From assembly GCA_965223295.1 (NCBI GenBank), contig CBDCWC010000003.1, positions 512,001-576,000 of the forward strand: a stretch of DNA of 64,000 nt. The letters are read 5' to 3'. The notes under the pieces are model-generated. The model was not told the origin of the DNA. It searched no databases and saw only the letters and a program-made list of their open reading frames with translations. Of this stretch, positions 10,203 to 20,245 are shown piece after piece. The position numbers and the translations under genes were made by a program. This DNA is from Nitrospirales bacterium (GTDB lineage Bacteria; Nitrospirota; Nitrospiria; Nitrospirales; UBA8639). Every line of letters starts with the position of its first letter. Positions within the stretch are counted from its first letter, which is position 1.

Positions 10203-11765
10203 ATGCCCACCACGACTTCGCTTGATCACCTAATCTCCAAACTTCGAGAGATTCATCATCTGCGGGATGCTGCAGCTGTCCTCTCGTGGGATCAAGAGAC
10301 CTACATGCCAGAAGGAAGCGGGAAGATCCGAGCTGAACAACTCGCTACGATACAAACACTTGCTCACAACCAGTTTGTGGCACCTGAGATCGAGTCCCTG
10401 CTTGGCTTTTTTATTGATCTCGAAACCGGAACCCTTCTTCCCCAACACCACGATTCTCTAGATGATGCCTACCAGGCATTACTTCGTGAAACCTGGAGAG
10501 ACTTTTCTCGTGCAAAAAAGCTGCCTTCAGCGTTTGTGAATGAACTGGAACGAGAATGTTCTCTCGCACAACAGGTCTGGGCCGAAGCACGCAAGACCAA
10601 CGATTTTCAGCGTTTCCTTCCAAACTTAGAACGGCTTGTGGGATTCAAACGGCAAGAGGCAGATTATCTGGGGTTTACCGACACGCCCTATAATGCATTA
10701 CTGGATAGCTTTGAACCCGGATCGACCGTGGCTCAGCTCCGCCCTTTGTTTGCTGAACTGCGGCCCCACCTAATTCGGCTACTCGATCAGATCCGAAACT
10801 CTCCCGTTCAACCCAACACCCGCCTACTCACGCAATCGTTTGACACGACGAAGCAGATGGAGTTTAGCCGCCTTGTGCTCAAACAGATGGGGTATGATTT
10901 TCAGCGGGGCCGCCTTGATCTTTCTGCCCATCCCTTTACGACTTCGTTTCACCCAACTGACACCCGAGTCACGACACGAGTCTTTGAGACGGATATGCCT
11001 TCATGCCTGTTTAGTTGCATCCATGAAGGTGGGCACGGCTTGTACGAGCAAGGCCTCTCACCCAAGCATTATGGGACACCTCTGGGCGAAGCTATTTCCT
11101 TAGGTATTCATGAGAGTCAGTCACGCTTGTGGGAAAATTCTGTGGGCCGATCGCAAGCCTTTTGGCAATATTTCTACCCCAAACTGCAGGAAACATTTCC
11201 TACTCAACTTGGCAGCGTATCAATTGACGAATTTTATTTGGCTATTAATCGCGTCACCCCTTCGTTGATTCGTGTCGAAGCAGACGAACTGACCTATAAC
11301 CTGCATATTATGGTGCGGTTTGAAATTGAACTTGACGTCATTGAAGGACGAGTCCAGATCGATGAATTACCCGACCTCTGGAATGCCAAAATACAGGAAT
11401 ACTTGGGAATCACGCCGCCCAATGATGCAGAAGGGGTACTGCAAGACGTGCATTGGTCATTTGGAGCATTTGGTTACTTCCCCACGTACACCTTAGGCAA
11501 CCTCTATGCCACCATGCTGTTTCATCAAGCCAAGATAGAGATCCCCGACCTTCTCCACCATATTAGTGAAGGAAATTGCTTGTCGTTAAAAAAATGGTTA
11601 AATGAACGGGTGCATCGATGGGGACGCCAATATTCATCCAGCGACCTGATTCAGCAAATAACCGGACAACCGCTGACATCTCAGCCTTTTCTCCGGGATT
11701 TAGAAGAAAAGTTCAGCAACCTGTATCAATTCCCGACAAGGTCTACGGCCCACGTTTCTCAATAA
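10203..11765 (+). CDS. Carboxypeptidase M32 (Taq type)
   Basis: WDQETYMP, HPFT, HEGGH, HESQSR, IRVEADE, QDVHW, GYFPTY motifs. Confidence 0.95.
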   Translation: MPTTTSLDHLISKLREIHHLRDAAAVLSWDQETYMPEGSGKIRAEQLATIQTLAHNQFVAPEIESLLGFFIDLETGTLLPQHHDSLDDAYQALLRETWRDFSRAKKLPSAFVNELERECSLAQQVWAEARKTNDFQRFLPNLERLVGFKRQEADYLGFTDTPYNALLDSFEPGSTVAQLRPLFAELRPHLIRLLDQIRNSPVQPNTRLLTQSFDTTKQMEFSRLVLKQMGYDFQRGRLDLSAHPFTTSFHPTDTRVTTRVFETDMPSCLFSCIHEGGHGLYEQGLSPKHYGTPLGEAISLGIHESQSRLWENSVGRSQAFWQYFYPKLQETFPTQLGSVSIDEFYLAINRVTPSLIRVEADELTYNLHIMVRFEIELDVIEGRVQIDELPDLWNAKIQEYLGITPPNDAEGVLQDVHWSFGAFGYFPTYTLGNLYATMLFHQAKIEIPDLLHHISEGNCLSLKKWLNERVHRWGRQYSSSDLIQQITGQPLTSQPFLRDLEEKFSNLYQFPTRSTAHVSQ

Positions 11766-11944
11766 TTGTGCTATTTCCTCAGTTCTCTCCTTTAAATCGG
11801 TAAGTCCTTCGACAGACTTGTTCTCCTACCAGCTCTAGGCCTAGCGTTCAGCTATTCATTCAACTGAAGTCCGACTTCACTCCTCACAACGGAATGCAAG
11901 AACGGGCTCTATCGTTTTTTCATTTTATTACAAGGAGAGTTTTT

Positions 11945-12271
11945 ATGATTATTAAGAATTCAACCAAGGTTTCATCTCTGCTGTTGGCCATGCTTTTCGC
12001 ATTGGGCCTCTTGGTTCCAACGACTTGGGCCATGGGCACCATGAAAGCGGACATCAATACCGCGAGCATCGAACAATTGGAAGCTGTCACGGGCATCGGG
12101 CAGGATACGGCTCAAAAAATCCTCGCCTATAAAGAGAAACATGGGAATTTCAAAACGATGGAAGAATTAGAAGCGGTCAGCGGAGTAGGAAAAGTACGTT
12201 TGGACGCATTGAATGAAGCATTTACGGTGAAGCCTCTCACAGATGACAACAAAACTTCAATGGCACGGTAA
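11945..12271 (+). CDS. comEA: ComEA-family helix-hairpin-helix DNA-binding protein, exported
   Basis: DINTASIEQLEAVTGIG and ELEAVSGVG HhH motifs; signal peptide; AAGGAG RBS before ATG 11945. Confidence 0.85.
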   Translation: MIIKNSTKVSSLLLAMLFALGLLVPTTWAMGTMKADINTASIEQLEAVTGIGQDTAQKILAYKEKHGNFKTMEELEAVSGVGKVRLDALNEAFTVKPLTDDNKTSMAR

Positions 12272-12281
12272 CGCATTCATC

Positions 12282-12318
12282 TCCTGTTTCTTTTTCGCAA
12301 GGCGAAAAAGAAACAGGA
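12282..12318. terminator. Likely bidirectional intrinsic terminator between convergent comEA and ispH
   Basis: Perfect 17-bp stem tcctgtttctttttcgc-aag-gcgaaaaagaaacagga. Confidence 0.8.
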
Positions 12319-12329
12319 ACCGTGAGCAG

Positions 12330-13268
12330 CTACTTTGATTTGTTTGCCATTAATAATTCCTTCGGCAACAGGAATTCCACATCCTCTTCAACGACAGTCA
12401 ATTCTTCGACACCTTCAGCGCCTTGTTCTTTTAAAAACTTAATCACTTGAGAAACCAACACCTCCGGAGCTGATGCACCTGCCGCAATGCCAATGGCCTT
12501 CACACCTTCAAGCCAAGACAACTGAACATCTTGAAACGAATCAATCAAATACGACGTAATTCCACAGCGCTCACCTAATTCCCGTAATCGATTAGAATTG
12601 GAACTATTCGGAGAGCCAATGACAAGAATGGCATCAACAAAACGAGCCAATTCTTTGACCGCATTTTGACGGTTTTGCGTCGCATAGCAGATATCTTCCT
12701 GGTGCGGCCCTTTAATTCCAGGGAACCGCTGATGAAGGGCAGCCACAATATCCCGGCATTCATCGACACTCAACGTGGTTTGAGTCACATAGGATAAATG
12801 CAAAGGATTCTCCACTTCCAACGTTTCGACATCTTCCACAGAAGACACCAAATGAAACTTATCTGGCACCTGCCCCAGCGTTCCTACAACTTCCGGATGT
12901 CCTGCATGCCCAATGAGAATCAACTCATAGGCATTGGTATAATCACGGTTCACTTCATTATGGACTTTGATAACCAAGGGACATGTGGCATCGATGACCT
13001 GAAGATTTCGTCGTTTCGATTCTTCCCACACTGCTTTCGCGACTCCGTGGGCACTGAAAATAACAATCGCTCCATCTGGCACTTCATTCAGCTCTTCAAC
13101 AAAGATCGCACCCTTCTCTCGAAGAGATTCCACCACATGTCGGCTATGCACGATTTCATGGCGGACATAAATAGGAGCCCCATAGGTTTTGAGAGACAAA
13201 TCGACAATTTCAATCGCCCGATCTACCCCGGCACAAAACCCTCTCGGATTGGCTAAATATATTTTCAA
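12330..13268 (-). CDS. ispH: 4-hydroxy-3-methylbut-2-enyl diphosphate reductase
   Basis: [38 protein letters not shown]. Confidence 0.98.
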   Translation of the reverse strand: MKIYLANPRGFCAGVDRAIEIVDLSLKTYGAPIYVRHEIVHSRHVVESLREKGAIFVEELNEVPDGAIVIFSAHGVAKAVWEESKRRNLQVIDATCPLVIKVHNEVNRDYTNAYELILIGHAGHPEVVGTLGQVPDKFHLVSSVEDVETLEVENPLHLSYVTQTTLSVDECRDIVAALHQRFPGIKGPHQEDICYATQNRQNAVKELARFVDAILVIGSPNSSNSNRLRELGERCGITSYLIDSFQDVQLSWLEGVKAIGIAAGASAPEVLVSQVIKFLKEQGAEGVEELTVVEEDVEFLLPKELLMANKSK

Positions 13269-13335
13269 GGCATGTTCCTTTCAAGATAAATATTGTTGAA
13301 TAACCCATGTTAGCATGGCATGAGAGAGCAATCTA

Positions 13336-14346
13336 TCACCCCCAACGAATCAACGCCGTTCCCCAAGTCAATCCACCACCAAAGGCTCCTAGAAGAATCT
13401 GGCTACCGGCCTTGAGCTTATCTTGCCGGTTAGCAAAATCAAGGGCCATTGGCAAGGATGCCGACGACGTATTTCCCACATTCTCCATAATCGTCACACA
13501 GCGATCCAAGGGAATCTCCAGATTGTTGCACAAATGCGAGATCATTCGAACATTGGCTTGATGAAAAATGACCTGTTCCAAGTCTGCGATCTTCCACTTT
13601 TCTTTCTCCAAATGCTCCCCGATGGCTTGGCGCAATTGTCGGATGGCCTGCCGGAATAATTTCCCACCCTGAATACGTAACGTATGCAACCGATTGTCCA
13701 AAACCGCTTGGGAAAGTGGTTGCCGGGAGCCGCCGCCCGCAATATTGACCAAATCATGATAATGGCCATCGGCATGAAGCCGAATACTCATGAGACCGCG
13801 GTCCGGGTCGGCCGATGGTTCCACAATTGCTGCACCTGCACCATCCCCAAATAAGATCGCCGTGCTGAGGTCTTGGTGGTCTAAGGTGCGTGACTTGACT
13901 TCCGAGGCAACAACCAAACACCGGTGAAATTGCCCAGCTCGAAGAAAGTTATCTGCCATCGATAGCCCATACAAAAATCCCGAACAAGAGGCTGAACAGT
14001 CAAATGCCGGAATGCCAAAAATTCCTAATCGCGACTGCAATAAACAACCCGTGGCGGGAAACTTCATATCGGGGGAAGTTGTGGAGACAATAATAGCATC
14101 AAGGTCATGAGGCGTGAGCTGGGCTTGAGCCAAGGCTTGCTGAGAGGCTTGCTCGGCTAAAGACACACAATCTTCATGAGATTCCACCCAATGCCGAGCC
14201 CGAATGCCTGAGACCCGAAAAATATATGTCGGATCCGTCCCCAAAAATTCAGCAATATCGTCATTATCAACTCGTCTGGCCGGAAGCGCTGAACCCGTGC
14301 CGCAAATTCTGGATAATGGCCGATACATGGCAGTGCTAATCGACAT
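13336..14346 (-). CDS. fabH: Beta-ketoacyl-ACP synthase III
   Basis: ASCSGF, LFGDGAGA, HQAN, GNTSSAS, FGGGLTWG. Confidence 0.93.
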   Translation of the reverse strand: MSISTAMYRPLSRICGTGSALPARRVDNDDIAEFLGTDPTYIFRVSGIRARHWVESHEDCVSLAEQASQQALAQAQLTPHDLDAIIVSTTSPDMKFPATGCLLQSRLGIFGIPAFDCSASCSGFLYGLSMADNFLRAGQFHRCLVVASEVKSRTLDHQDLSTAILFGDGAGAAIVEPSADPDRGLMSIRLHADGHYHDLVNIAGGGSRQPLSQAVLDNRLHTLRIQGGKLFRQAIRQLRQAIGEHLEKEKWKIADLEQVIFHQANVRMISHLCNNLEIPLDRCVTIMENVGNTSSASLPMALDFANRQDKLKAGSQILLGAFGGGLTWGTALIRWG

Positions 14347-14457
14347 AAATTATCATTGGACAATTGAACACGATAATTTTAAGATAGTAGGAGTGTTGAA
14401 TAATGAAGACATCAAAGATCATATTTCGCCAGGAATCCCTTGGCGATCAACAGCGTC

Positions 14458-14544
14458 GGGTCTCTTCAAAAAAGTTCGCTCGCCTACGCGAAGCCGCTTC
14501 GGCGAAGGCAGAGAACGCCGCTGGCGGCCTTTTTCAAGAGACTC
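14458..14544. repeat. MITE/REP-like element with imperfect terminal inverted repeats
   Basis: gggtctcttcaaaaaagttcg ... cggcctttttcaagagactc; internal cgcctacgcgaagccgcttcggcgaagg shared with the 57301-57481 element. Confidence 0.7.
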
Positions 14545-14672
14545 ATAGTAGAAATGACATGTTGGACAGAACAGACTATCGTTCTCTCATAGAATGATGC
14601 AAATTTTAGAAGTGCAAGACTTTCCACCCTCAGTCCAAATCTTGTATAACTCGTCAATGAATAATTGTTTTT

Positions 14673-15776
14673 TTGACCCTGTCTATGTTCAATACATCTA
14701 GACTTGCCCTTTCTCTGAACATGCCCTGCCTGTCAGACTTGAGTCCCCATAGACACATTCCCGGGTTGATTATTGTAAGCATGCTCTTCCTGGGTCCTGG
14801 ATGTTCAACCACGCCTGATGCCGCGGACACTACCGCTCAAGATTCATCTACGTCCCAAGACCTCTCCTCAACAGACGAACAAATTTTTGTGGGCGATTCC
14901 ATTGAAATGAGTTACGACCCTAACGTCATTATGAAACGGGCTGAATCCTTTTTTGACAAAGAATCCTATGCCGAAGCCATCGTCGAATACAAACACTTCC
15001 TTGACTTACATCGAAATCACATGCTCGCGCCCTATGCCCAATACAAAATTGGGGTGAGCCATTACAAGCAATTTCGAACTGTGGACCGAGATCCCGAACC
15101 CTTAAAAAACTCCATTGCCGGATTCGAAAAATTGCTCAAAGAATTCCCCTCCAGCCGCTATGAAGCCGAGGCCAAGAAAACGATATTGCTTTGTAAAGAA
15201 CAGCTGGTCCAGCGGCACCTGATGGTTGGAGAGTTTTATTTTAAACGTGGGTCCTATCTGGCGGCTGCTCATCGATATGAAAAAATCATCAATGAATTTC
15301 CTGAGGTGGAGAAACAAGATGAAGCTATGTTTCTCTTAGCCAAGACTTACCAAGACTTAGGGATAAAAGAATGGACTCAAGAATGGCTGGTCGCGCTGAT
15401 GCAACAATATCCTGACAGTTCCTATCATTCCTCCGCTCAATCACTGTTGGCTGACCTTCATGAAGAAGACCCAACATTGTTAGCAGCCCTACCCAATAAC
15501 CCATTAGTTCCAGACAACACCGCCGCCCTTGCATTATCTACGGATTCGACAACCCCTCCAATACAAGAAGACCCTGTTTTTTTCAACAGCGGCACTCTTC
15601 CAAAGACTTCAATCATTGAAGCCCAAACCGCCATAGCAGCAGAACCATCTTCAGCCTCATCAGCTTGCGCCATCGGTTCCTGGTGTGACCCCCAATCTGT
15701 AACACCAACCCCTCTTGCGAATCCCGAGCTATCGCCAACAAATCCCAAAGCCTGTAAAACCGGAGAATGGTGCTAG
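14673..15776 (+). CDS. bamD: Outer membrane protein assembly factor BamD with long C-terminal extension
   Basis: Lipobox-like GPGC, TPR helices, DRDPEP, FPSSRY, VGEFYFKRGSYLAAAHRY. Start uncertain. Confidence 0.9.
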   Translation: MTLSMFNTSRLALSLNMPCLSDLSPHRHIPGLIIVSMLFLGPGCSTTPDAADTTAQDSSTSQDLSSTDEQIFVGDSIEMSYDPNVIMKRAESFFDKESYAEAIVEYKHFLDLHRNHMLAPYAQYKIGVSHYKQFRTVDRDPEPLKNSIAGFEKLLKEFPSSRYEAEAKKTILLCKEQLVQRHLMVGEFYFKRGSYLAAAHRYEKIINEFPEVEKQDEAMFLLAKTYQDLGIKEWTQEWLVALMQQYPDSSYHSSAQSLLADLHEEDPTLLAALPNNPLVPDNTAALALSTDSTTPPIQEDPVFFNSGTLPKTSIIEAQTAIAAEPSSASSACAIGSWCDPQSVTPTPLANPELSPTNPKACKTGEWC

Positions 15777-15794
15777 CGTGGTATATTTAGGGGT

Positions 15795-15878
15795 TTAGGG
15801 GTCAGACTCGAATTAGTTTGCCCCCTATGCCATCATGTAAGAAAAGGGAAATTAAACTAATTCGAGTCTGACCCCTAA
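15795..15878. repeat. REP/REPIN-like element with perfect 25-bp inverted arms and 34-bp spacer
   Basis: ttaggggtcagactcgaattagttt (15795-15819) / aaactaattcgagtctgacccctaa (15854-15878), between convergent bamD and ccdA. Confidence 0.85.
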
Positions 15879-15895
15879 TTCTAGCAAAAAAATTA

Positions 15896-16642
15896 CTATT
15901 GGCCGATATACCAGCCAATACCATTGCGTTCGAGGAAACTCGTGAAGAGCGTGACAGAATCAGTGAAAATCATCACGCCTACGAGGATCAACAGCGCCCC
16001 ACTCACAAAAGACACGCTACCCAAATATTTGCGGAGATTTTTGAAATAACTCAAGAACGTATCCATGCCAAAGGCGGTCAAGAAAAACGGCAGACCAAGC
16101 CCAAACGAATAGGCAGAAAGTAACATGACTCCGCCAGACATCGACTCAGTGGTGCTGGCATAAGCTAAGATCGTACCAAGTACAGGGCCGACACAGGGAG
16201 TCCAGCCAGCGGCAAAAGCTGTCCCAATTAAAAATGAGCCCACATATCCAACCGGCCGAGATTCAAAATGCATGAGCCGACGCTCAGTCATCAACAGATT
16301 TAGTTTCAAAATTCCTAAAAGATACAACCCAAAAATAATAATGAGAATACCGCCAATTTTCCGAATGATATCTTGATATTCATATAAGACTTGCCCAATC
16401 AAACTTGCTGAAGCCCCAAACGCAATAAACACTGTCGAAAAGCCTGCGATAAATAAGAGTGCATTCAACAAAATGGCCGACTTAAAGCGCTGACGTTCTT
16501 CAACTTTTGCGAGATTTTCGACAGACAATCCCGTAATATAGGAGAGATAGGAAGGAACTAATGGCAAAACACATGGTGAGATGAAGGACAAGAGCCCTGC
16601 ACTAAAGGCCGCGAACAAAGAAACTTGAGTAATAGAATCCAT
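15896..16642 (-). CDS. ccdA: Cytochrome c biogenesis protein CcdA
   Basis: SFISPCVLPLVP and GWTPCVGPVLG Cys-Pro motifs; polytopic membrane protein. Confidence 0.95.
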   Translation of the reverse strand: MDSITQVSLFAAFSAGLLSFISPCVLPLVPSYLSYITGLSVENLAKVEERQRFKSAILLNALLFIAGFSTVFIAFGASASLIGQVLYEYQDIIRKIGGILIIIFGLYLLGILKLNLLMTERRLMHFESRPVGYVGSFLIGTAFAAGWTPCVGPVLGTILAYASTTESMSGGVMLLSAYSFGLGLPFFLTAFGMDTFLSYFKNLRKYLGSVSFVSGALLILVGVMIFTDSVTLFTSFLERNGIGWYIGQ

Positions 16643-16645
16643 CGG

Positions 16646-17230
16646 TTACATCGTTTCAGACGGAGCCTGATATGACTCTTGTAGTAATTCGCGTATTAAC
16701 CGCCGCGCTTCCTGACTGTTCCAATCTCGAGCGCCAAATATTCGCTGTCGAATGATTCCTTGACGATCAATCACATAGGTCATCGGCAACGTCCGTGCTC
16801 CATATGTCAAGCCAACCTGATAATCGGAGTCATGCAATATAGGAAAACTCAACCCCATGGCTTCTTTGAATGGCCGTGTGACAGCCGCCCCTTGTTGGTC
16901 AACTGACACAGCTAACATTTCTAGTCCACTGTCCCGGAAATCTTGGTACAAGGCTTCCATAGCCGGCATCTCGACTTTGCAGGGCCCACACCAAGTGGCC
17001 CAAAAATTCAAAAAGACAACTTTCCCCTGATAATCTGGTAAAGAATGGACAGCGCCCTCCAAGTCCATCAAACGAAACGGTGGAGCGGCCTTGCCAACTG
17101 ACGGCCGTTGATAGGCCACTGACTGAGCAGCCCCTCCATGATCATTTGGAGATTCGGAATATCCAGAATCACAGCCTGATAGGGTGGCAATCAGAATCAA
17201 TATGACCAATCTGAACATCACAACAATCAT
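16646..17230 (-). CDS. TlpA/ResA-family thiol-disulfide oxidoreductase lipoprotein
   Basis: NFWATWCGPCKVEMP; lipobox LSGC; AGGAG RBS before ATG 17230. Confidence 0.92.
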   Translation of the reverse strand: MIVVMFRLVILILIATLSGCDSGYSESPNDHGGAAQSVAYQRPSVGKAAPPFRLMDLEGAVHSLPDYQGKVVFLNFWATWCGPCKVEMPAMEALYQDFRDSGLEMLAVSVDQQGAAVTRPFKEAMGLSFPILHDSDYQVGLTYGARTLPMTYVIDRQGIIRQRIFGARDWNSQEARRLIRELLQESYQAPSETM

Positions 17231-17493
17231 CCTTCTCCTCTCACCCAAAAATTTGCCGTGTACAACTGACATTCAAAACGGCATCCTGTCAGAATCTCAC
17301 GCTGAAAAAAGATACCCCTCTACCGGTCATCATAAGATCCTGATATTTTTATCGTCAATGAAGTGTTATGCATTGAATATCCAGAAACAGCAATAGCATG
17401 CTTAGAGAGAAAAAATCCCTCCTTACTTCCTAGACAACCCACCAAACATTACGTAGACTACGAAGCCAACCTTCCGATTCGCCACCAGCACAT

Positions 17494-18168
17494 ATGAACG
17501 CTATTCAGGTCGACGATCTTTCAAAATCTTATGGGTTCTACCGTATCTTTGAAGAGGTGTCCTTCACCCTCAAACCGGGAACATGCTTTGCGCTATTCGG
17601 CCCAAATGGGGCTGGAAAAACCACTCTTCTTCGTGTTCTCGCGACGTTGCAAGCTCCCTCTGCAGGACAGTTTACCATTTTTGGGCAAGACGGGGTGGCA
17701 CAAAAAGATGATGTCCGGGCTATTCTCTTATTTCTTGCTCATGGTTCCCACCTATATGACGAACTGAGTGCCACCGAAAATTTGAAATTTTCCCTGGCCC
17801 TGCGTGGGCAAGCACCTGAGCCTCCTCAGTTAAAACGTGCATTAGATCAAACCGGCATTGGCGCATATGGCAATCTCAAAATCCGGCAATTCTCTGCGGG
17901 CATGAAAAAACGTTTGGCCCTGACCAAAGCCATCCTCGCTGAACCACAACTCTTGTTACTTGATGAACCCTATAACGCATTGGATGACGGTGGCGTCGTG
18001 ATTACAAACCAACTTATCCAGGATACCATGAAACGGAGTGGAGCCGTGATCATGACCACACATGACCGAACCAAGGCGGCTCACATCGCCACGGAAGGTG
18101 GCATTCTCCAAGCCGGGCGACTCACACTCCTTTCTCCCGAACAATTACACACCCATGTCATTTCTTAA
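17494..18168 (+). CDS. ccmA: Heme ABC exporter ATP-binding protein CcmA
   Basis: Walker A GPNGAGKT, FSAGMKKR, LLLDEP; overlaps ccmB. Confidence 0.92.
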   Translation: MNAIQVDDLSKSYGFYRIFEEVSFTLKPGTCFALFGPNGAGKTTLLRVLATLQAPSAGQFTIFGQDGVAQKDDVRAILLFLAHGSHLYDELSATENLKFSLALRGQAPEPPQLKRALDQTGIGAYGNLKIRQFSAGMKKRLALTKAILAEPQLLLLDEPYNALDDGGVVITNQLIQDTMKRSGAVIMTTHDRTKAAHIATEGGILQAGRLTLLSPEQLHTHVIS

Positions 18169-18832
18169 CACGATACAGTGGGTGGTCTGGAAAGACCTCG
18201 TTAGTGAATGGCGTACCCGGGAGACAATCTCCTCCATGCTGTTTTTCGCCCTCATCGTCATTCTAGTCTTTAGCTTTAGCTTTGCCATGGATCAGGATGC
18301 AGCCCGCCAATTAATCGCCGGGATCATTTGGGTGGCCTTTACCTTTACAGGCATTATTGGGATCGGCAAATCATTTACCTCAGAGCTGCAAAACGATTGC
18401 ATCGAGTCCCTGCAAATGAGTCCTGTTCCGAAGGGCGCTATTTACCTTGGGAAAGTCACCGCCAATTTTTTGTTTATGTTTGCCGTAGAAATCTTGCTCT
18501 TTCCGCTTTTTGTTATCTTTTTCAACTTGGATGTCGTCGAAGCCGTTGGCATGTTACTCTTCGTCTTCTTCTTGGCCACATTGGGCTTATCTGCAGTCGG
18601 TACATTGTTCTCTGCTCTAACGGTACAAATTCGAGCTAGAGAAGTTATGCTTCCTGTCTTGCTCTTACCCTTGGCCGTGCCAGTTATGATCGCCGCGGTT
18701 GAAGCCACACGTGGCACACTGAATGGCGATCCCTATAACTTTTATTCTCAATGGCTTCATCTGTTAGTCATCTTTGACATCATTTTCACCGTTGTCTCCT
18801 TCTGGCTCTTCGAATTCATCCTCGATGGATAA
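18155..18832 (+). CDS. ccmB: Heme exporter permease CcmB
   Basis: WKDLVSEWR, IYLGK, LPVLLLPLAVPVMI; about six TM segments; start at ATG 18155. Confidence 0.93.
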   Translation: MSFLNTIQWVVWKDLVSEWRTRETISSMLFFALIVILVFSFSFAMDQDAARQLIAGIIWVAFTFTGIIGIGKSFTSELQNDCIESLQMSPVPKGAIYLGKVTANFLFMFAVEILLFPLFVIFFNLDVVEAVGMLLFVFFLATLGLSAVGTLFSALTVQIRAREVMLPVLLLPLAVPVMIAAVEATRGTLNGDPYNFYSQWLHLLVIFDIIFTVVSFWLFEFILDG

Positions 18833-19004
18833 CATTTCATTCCCATGGCCTACTACTAGCTCTCTGAACCAGCGATTAATCATATGAGACTCACATTCTA
18901 TGCACTATGATTGGTACTCCCTCACAATGAGATAGATTTATAGGGAAGAAGTTCTCTGTTTTCCAGGAATAGTATTTGAGCAACTGGATGAAGCTATAGG
19001 CATC

Positions 19005-20228
19005 ATGCAGACAAAAGATTTCTTGATCATTGGTGGCGGTGTGATTGGTCTGAGCATCGCGCGTCAATTAAAACGACGCTATTCAGATTCCTCCGTCCTC
19101 ATCGTTGAAAAGGAGCCTGCCTGCGGGCTGCATGCCAGTGGACGGAACAGTGGCGTGCTTCATGCTGGGTTTTATTATTCTCCAGACAGCTTAAAAGCTC
19201 AGTTCACCCGCCAAGGCAACGAAAAACTTCGGTATTATTGCGAAGAAAAGAAGATCAATCTTAATCAATGCGGAAAGCTTGTTGTTGCCAAAGATCATTC
19301 TGAGCTTGCGGCAATGGACGAGCTCATCAAACGAGGAAAAGCCAATGGCATTTCCTTACAAGAAATCACCGAAGCTGAAGCCAAAGAAATCGAACCCAGA
19401 GTCAAAACATATCAGCGCGCACTCTATTCCCCAACCACAGCCACAGTGGATCCAACCGAGGTCGTCAACGCGATGGTAATTGATGCTCAGCAAGAAGGAA
19501 TCGACATCCATCATGAGAATGGATATCAATCACGGCGAGGTGCCGTGGTCCATTGTTCGAAAAACTCGTATGAAGCTGGATATATCGTGAATGCTGCAGG
19601 GTTGTATGCTGATCACATTGCTCGAGACTTTGGTTTTTCTGAGCACTATCGCATTCTCCCTTTTAAGGGGCTTTATTTATACTCCAATGAACAACCGGGA
19701 ACGATACGCACCAATATTTATCCGGTCCCCGATTTGCGAAATCCATTTTTGGGTGTTCATGTCACGGTGACAGCTCACGGAAAGGCCAAAATTGGGCCTA
19801 CCGCCATCCCTGCGTTTTGGCGGGAACAGTATGAAAGCTTTGGAAATTTTCAGCTTTCAGAATTAATCGATGTGCTTGTACGTCAGGCAGGATTATTCTT
19901 CTTCTCGGAATTTAATTTCAAAAAACTCGCGTTTGAAGAAATTCAAAAATATTCCCGAACCCACTTGGTCCAGCTTGCCAGTTCCTTAATGGAAGGGATT
20001 ACCCCTCAACAATACCAGACCTGGGGCAAACCTGGAATTCGTGCGCAATTGCTTGATATCAAAACGCGCAAGCTTGAAATGGATTTTGTATTGGAAGGAG
20101 ACTCTCGATCCATGCATGTCTTAAATACGGTCTCACCAGCTTTTACCTGTTCCCTACCCTTCGCAGATTATGTTTGTCAGAACATTAGCCGCCAATTGGG
20201 TCACCAAGCAGCTGTTGCCACTTCATAG
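19005..20228 (+). CDS. lhgO: L-2-hydroxyglutarate oxidase-like FAD oxidoreductase
   Basis: GGGVIG, HASGRNSGVLHAG, IYPVPD, PFLGVH, GIRAQ, SPAFT. Confidence 0.9.
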   Translation: MQTKDFLIIGGGVIGLSIARQLKRRYSDSSVLIVEKEPACGLHASGRNSGVLHAGFYYSPDSLKAQFTRQGNEKLRYYCEEKKINLNQCGKLVVAKDHSELAAMDELIKRGKANGISLQEITEAEAKEIEPRVKTYQRALYSPTTATVDPTEVVNAMVIDAQQEGIDIHHENGYQSRRGAVVHCSKNSYEAGYIVNAAGLYADHIARDFGFSEHYRILPFKGLYLYSNEQPGTIRTNIYPVPDLRNPFLGVHVTVTAHGKAKIGPTAIPAFWREQYESFGNFQLSELIDVLVRQAGLFFFSEFNFKKLAFEEIQKYSRTHLVQLASSLMEGITPQQYQTWGKPGIRAQLLDIKTRKLEMDFVLEGDSRSMHVLNTVSPAFTCSLPFADYVCQNISRQLGHQAAVATS

Positions 20229-20245
20229 ATCTAAGAAGTCCTACA

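Noticed and set aside
14204-14597. ORFs of 114 and 64 aa between fabH and bamD
   Set aside because: They are antisense to fabH and/or translations of the MITE-like repeat.
14657-14675. Possible upstream bamD start joined through a T7 tract
   Set aside because: In-frame downstream starts exist, so no frameshift is required.
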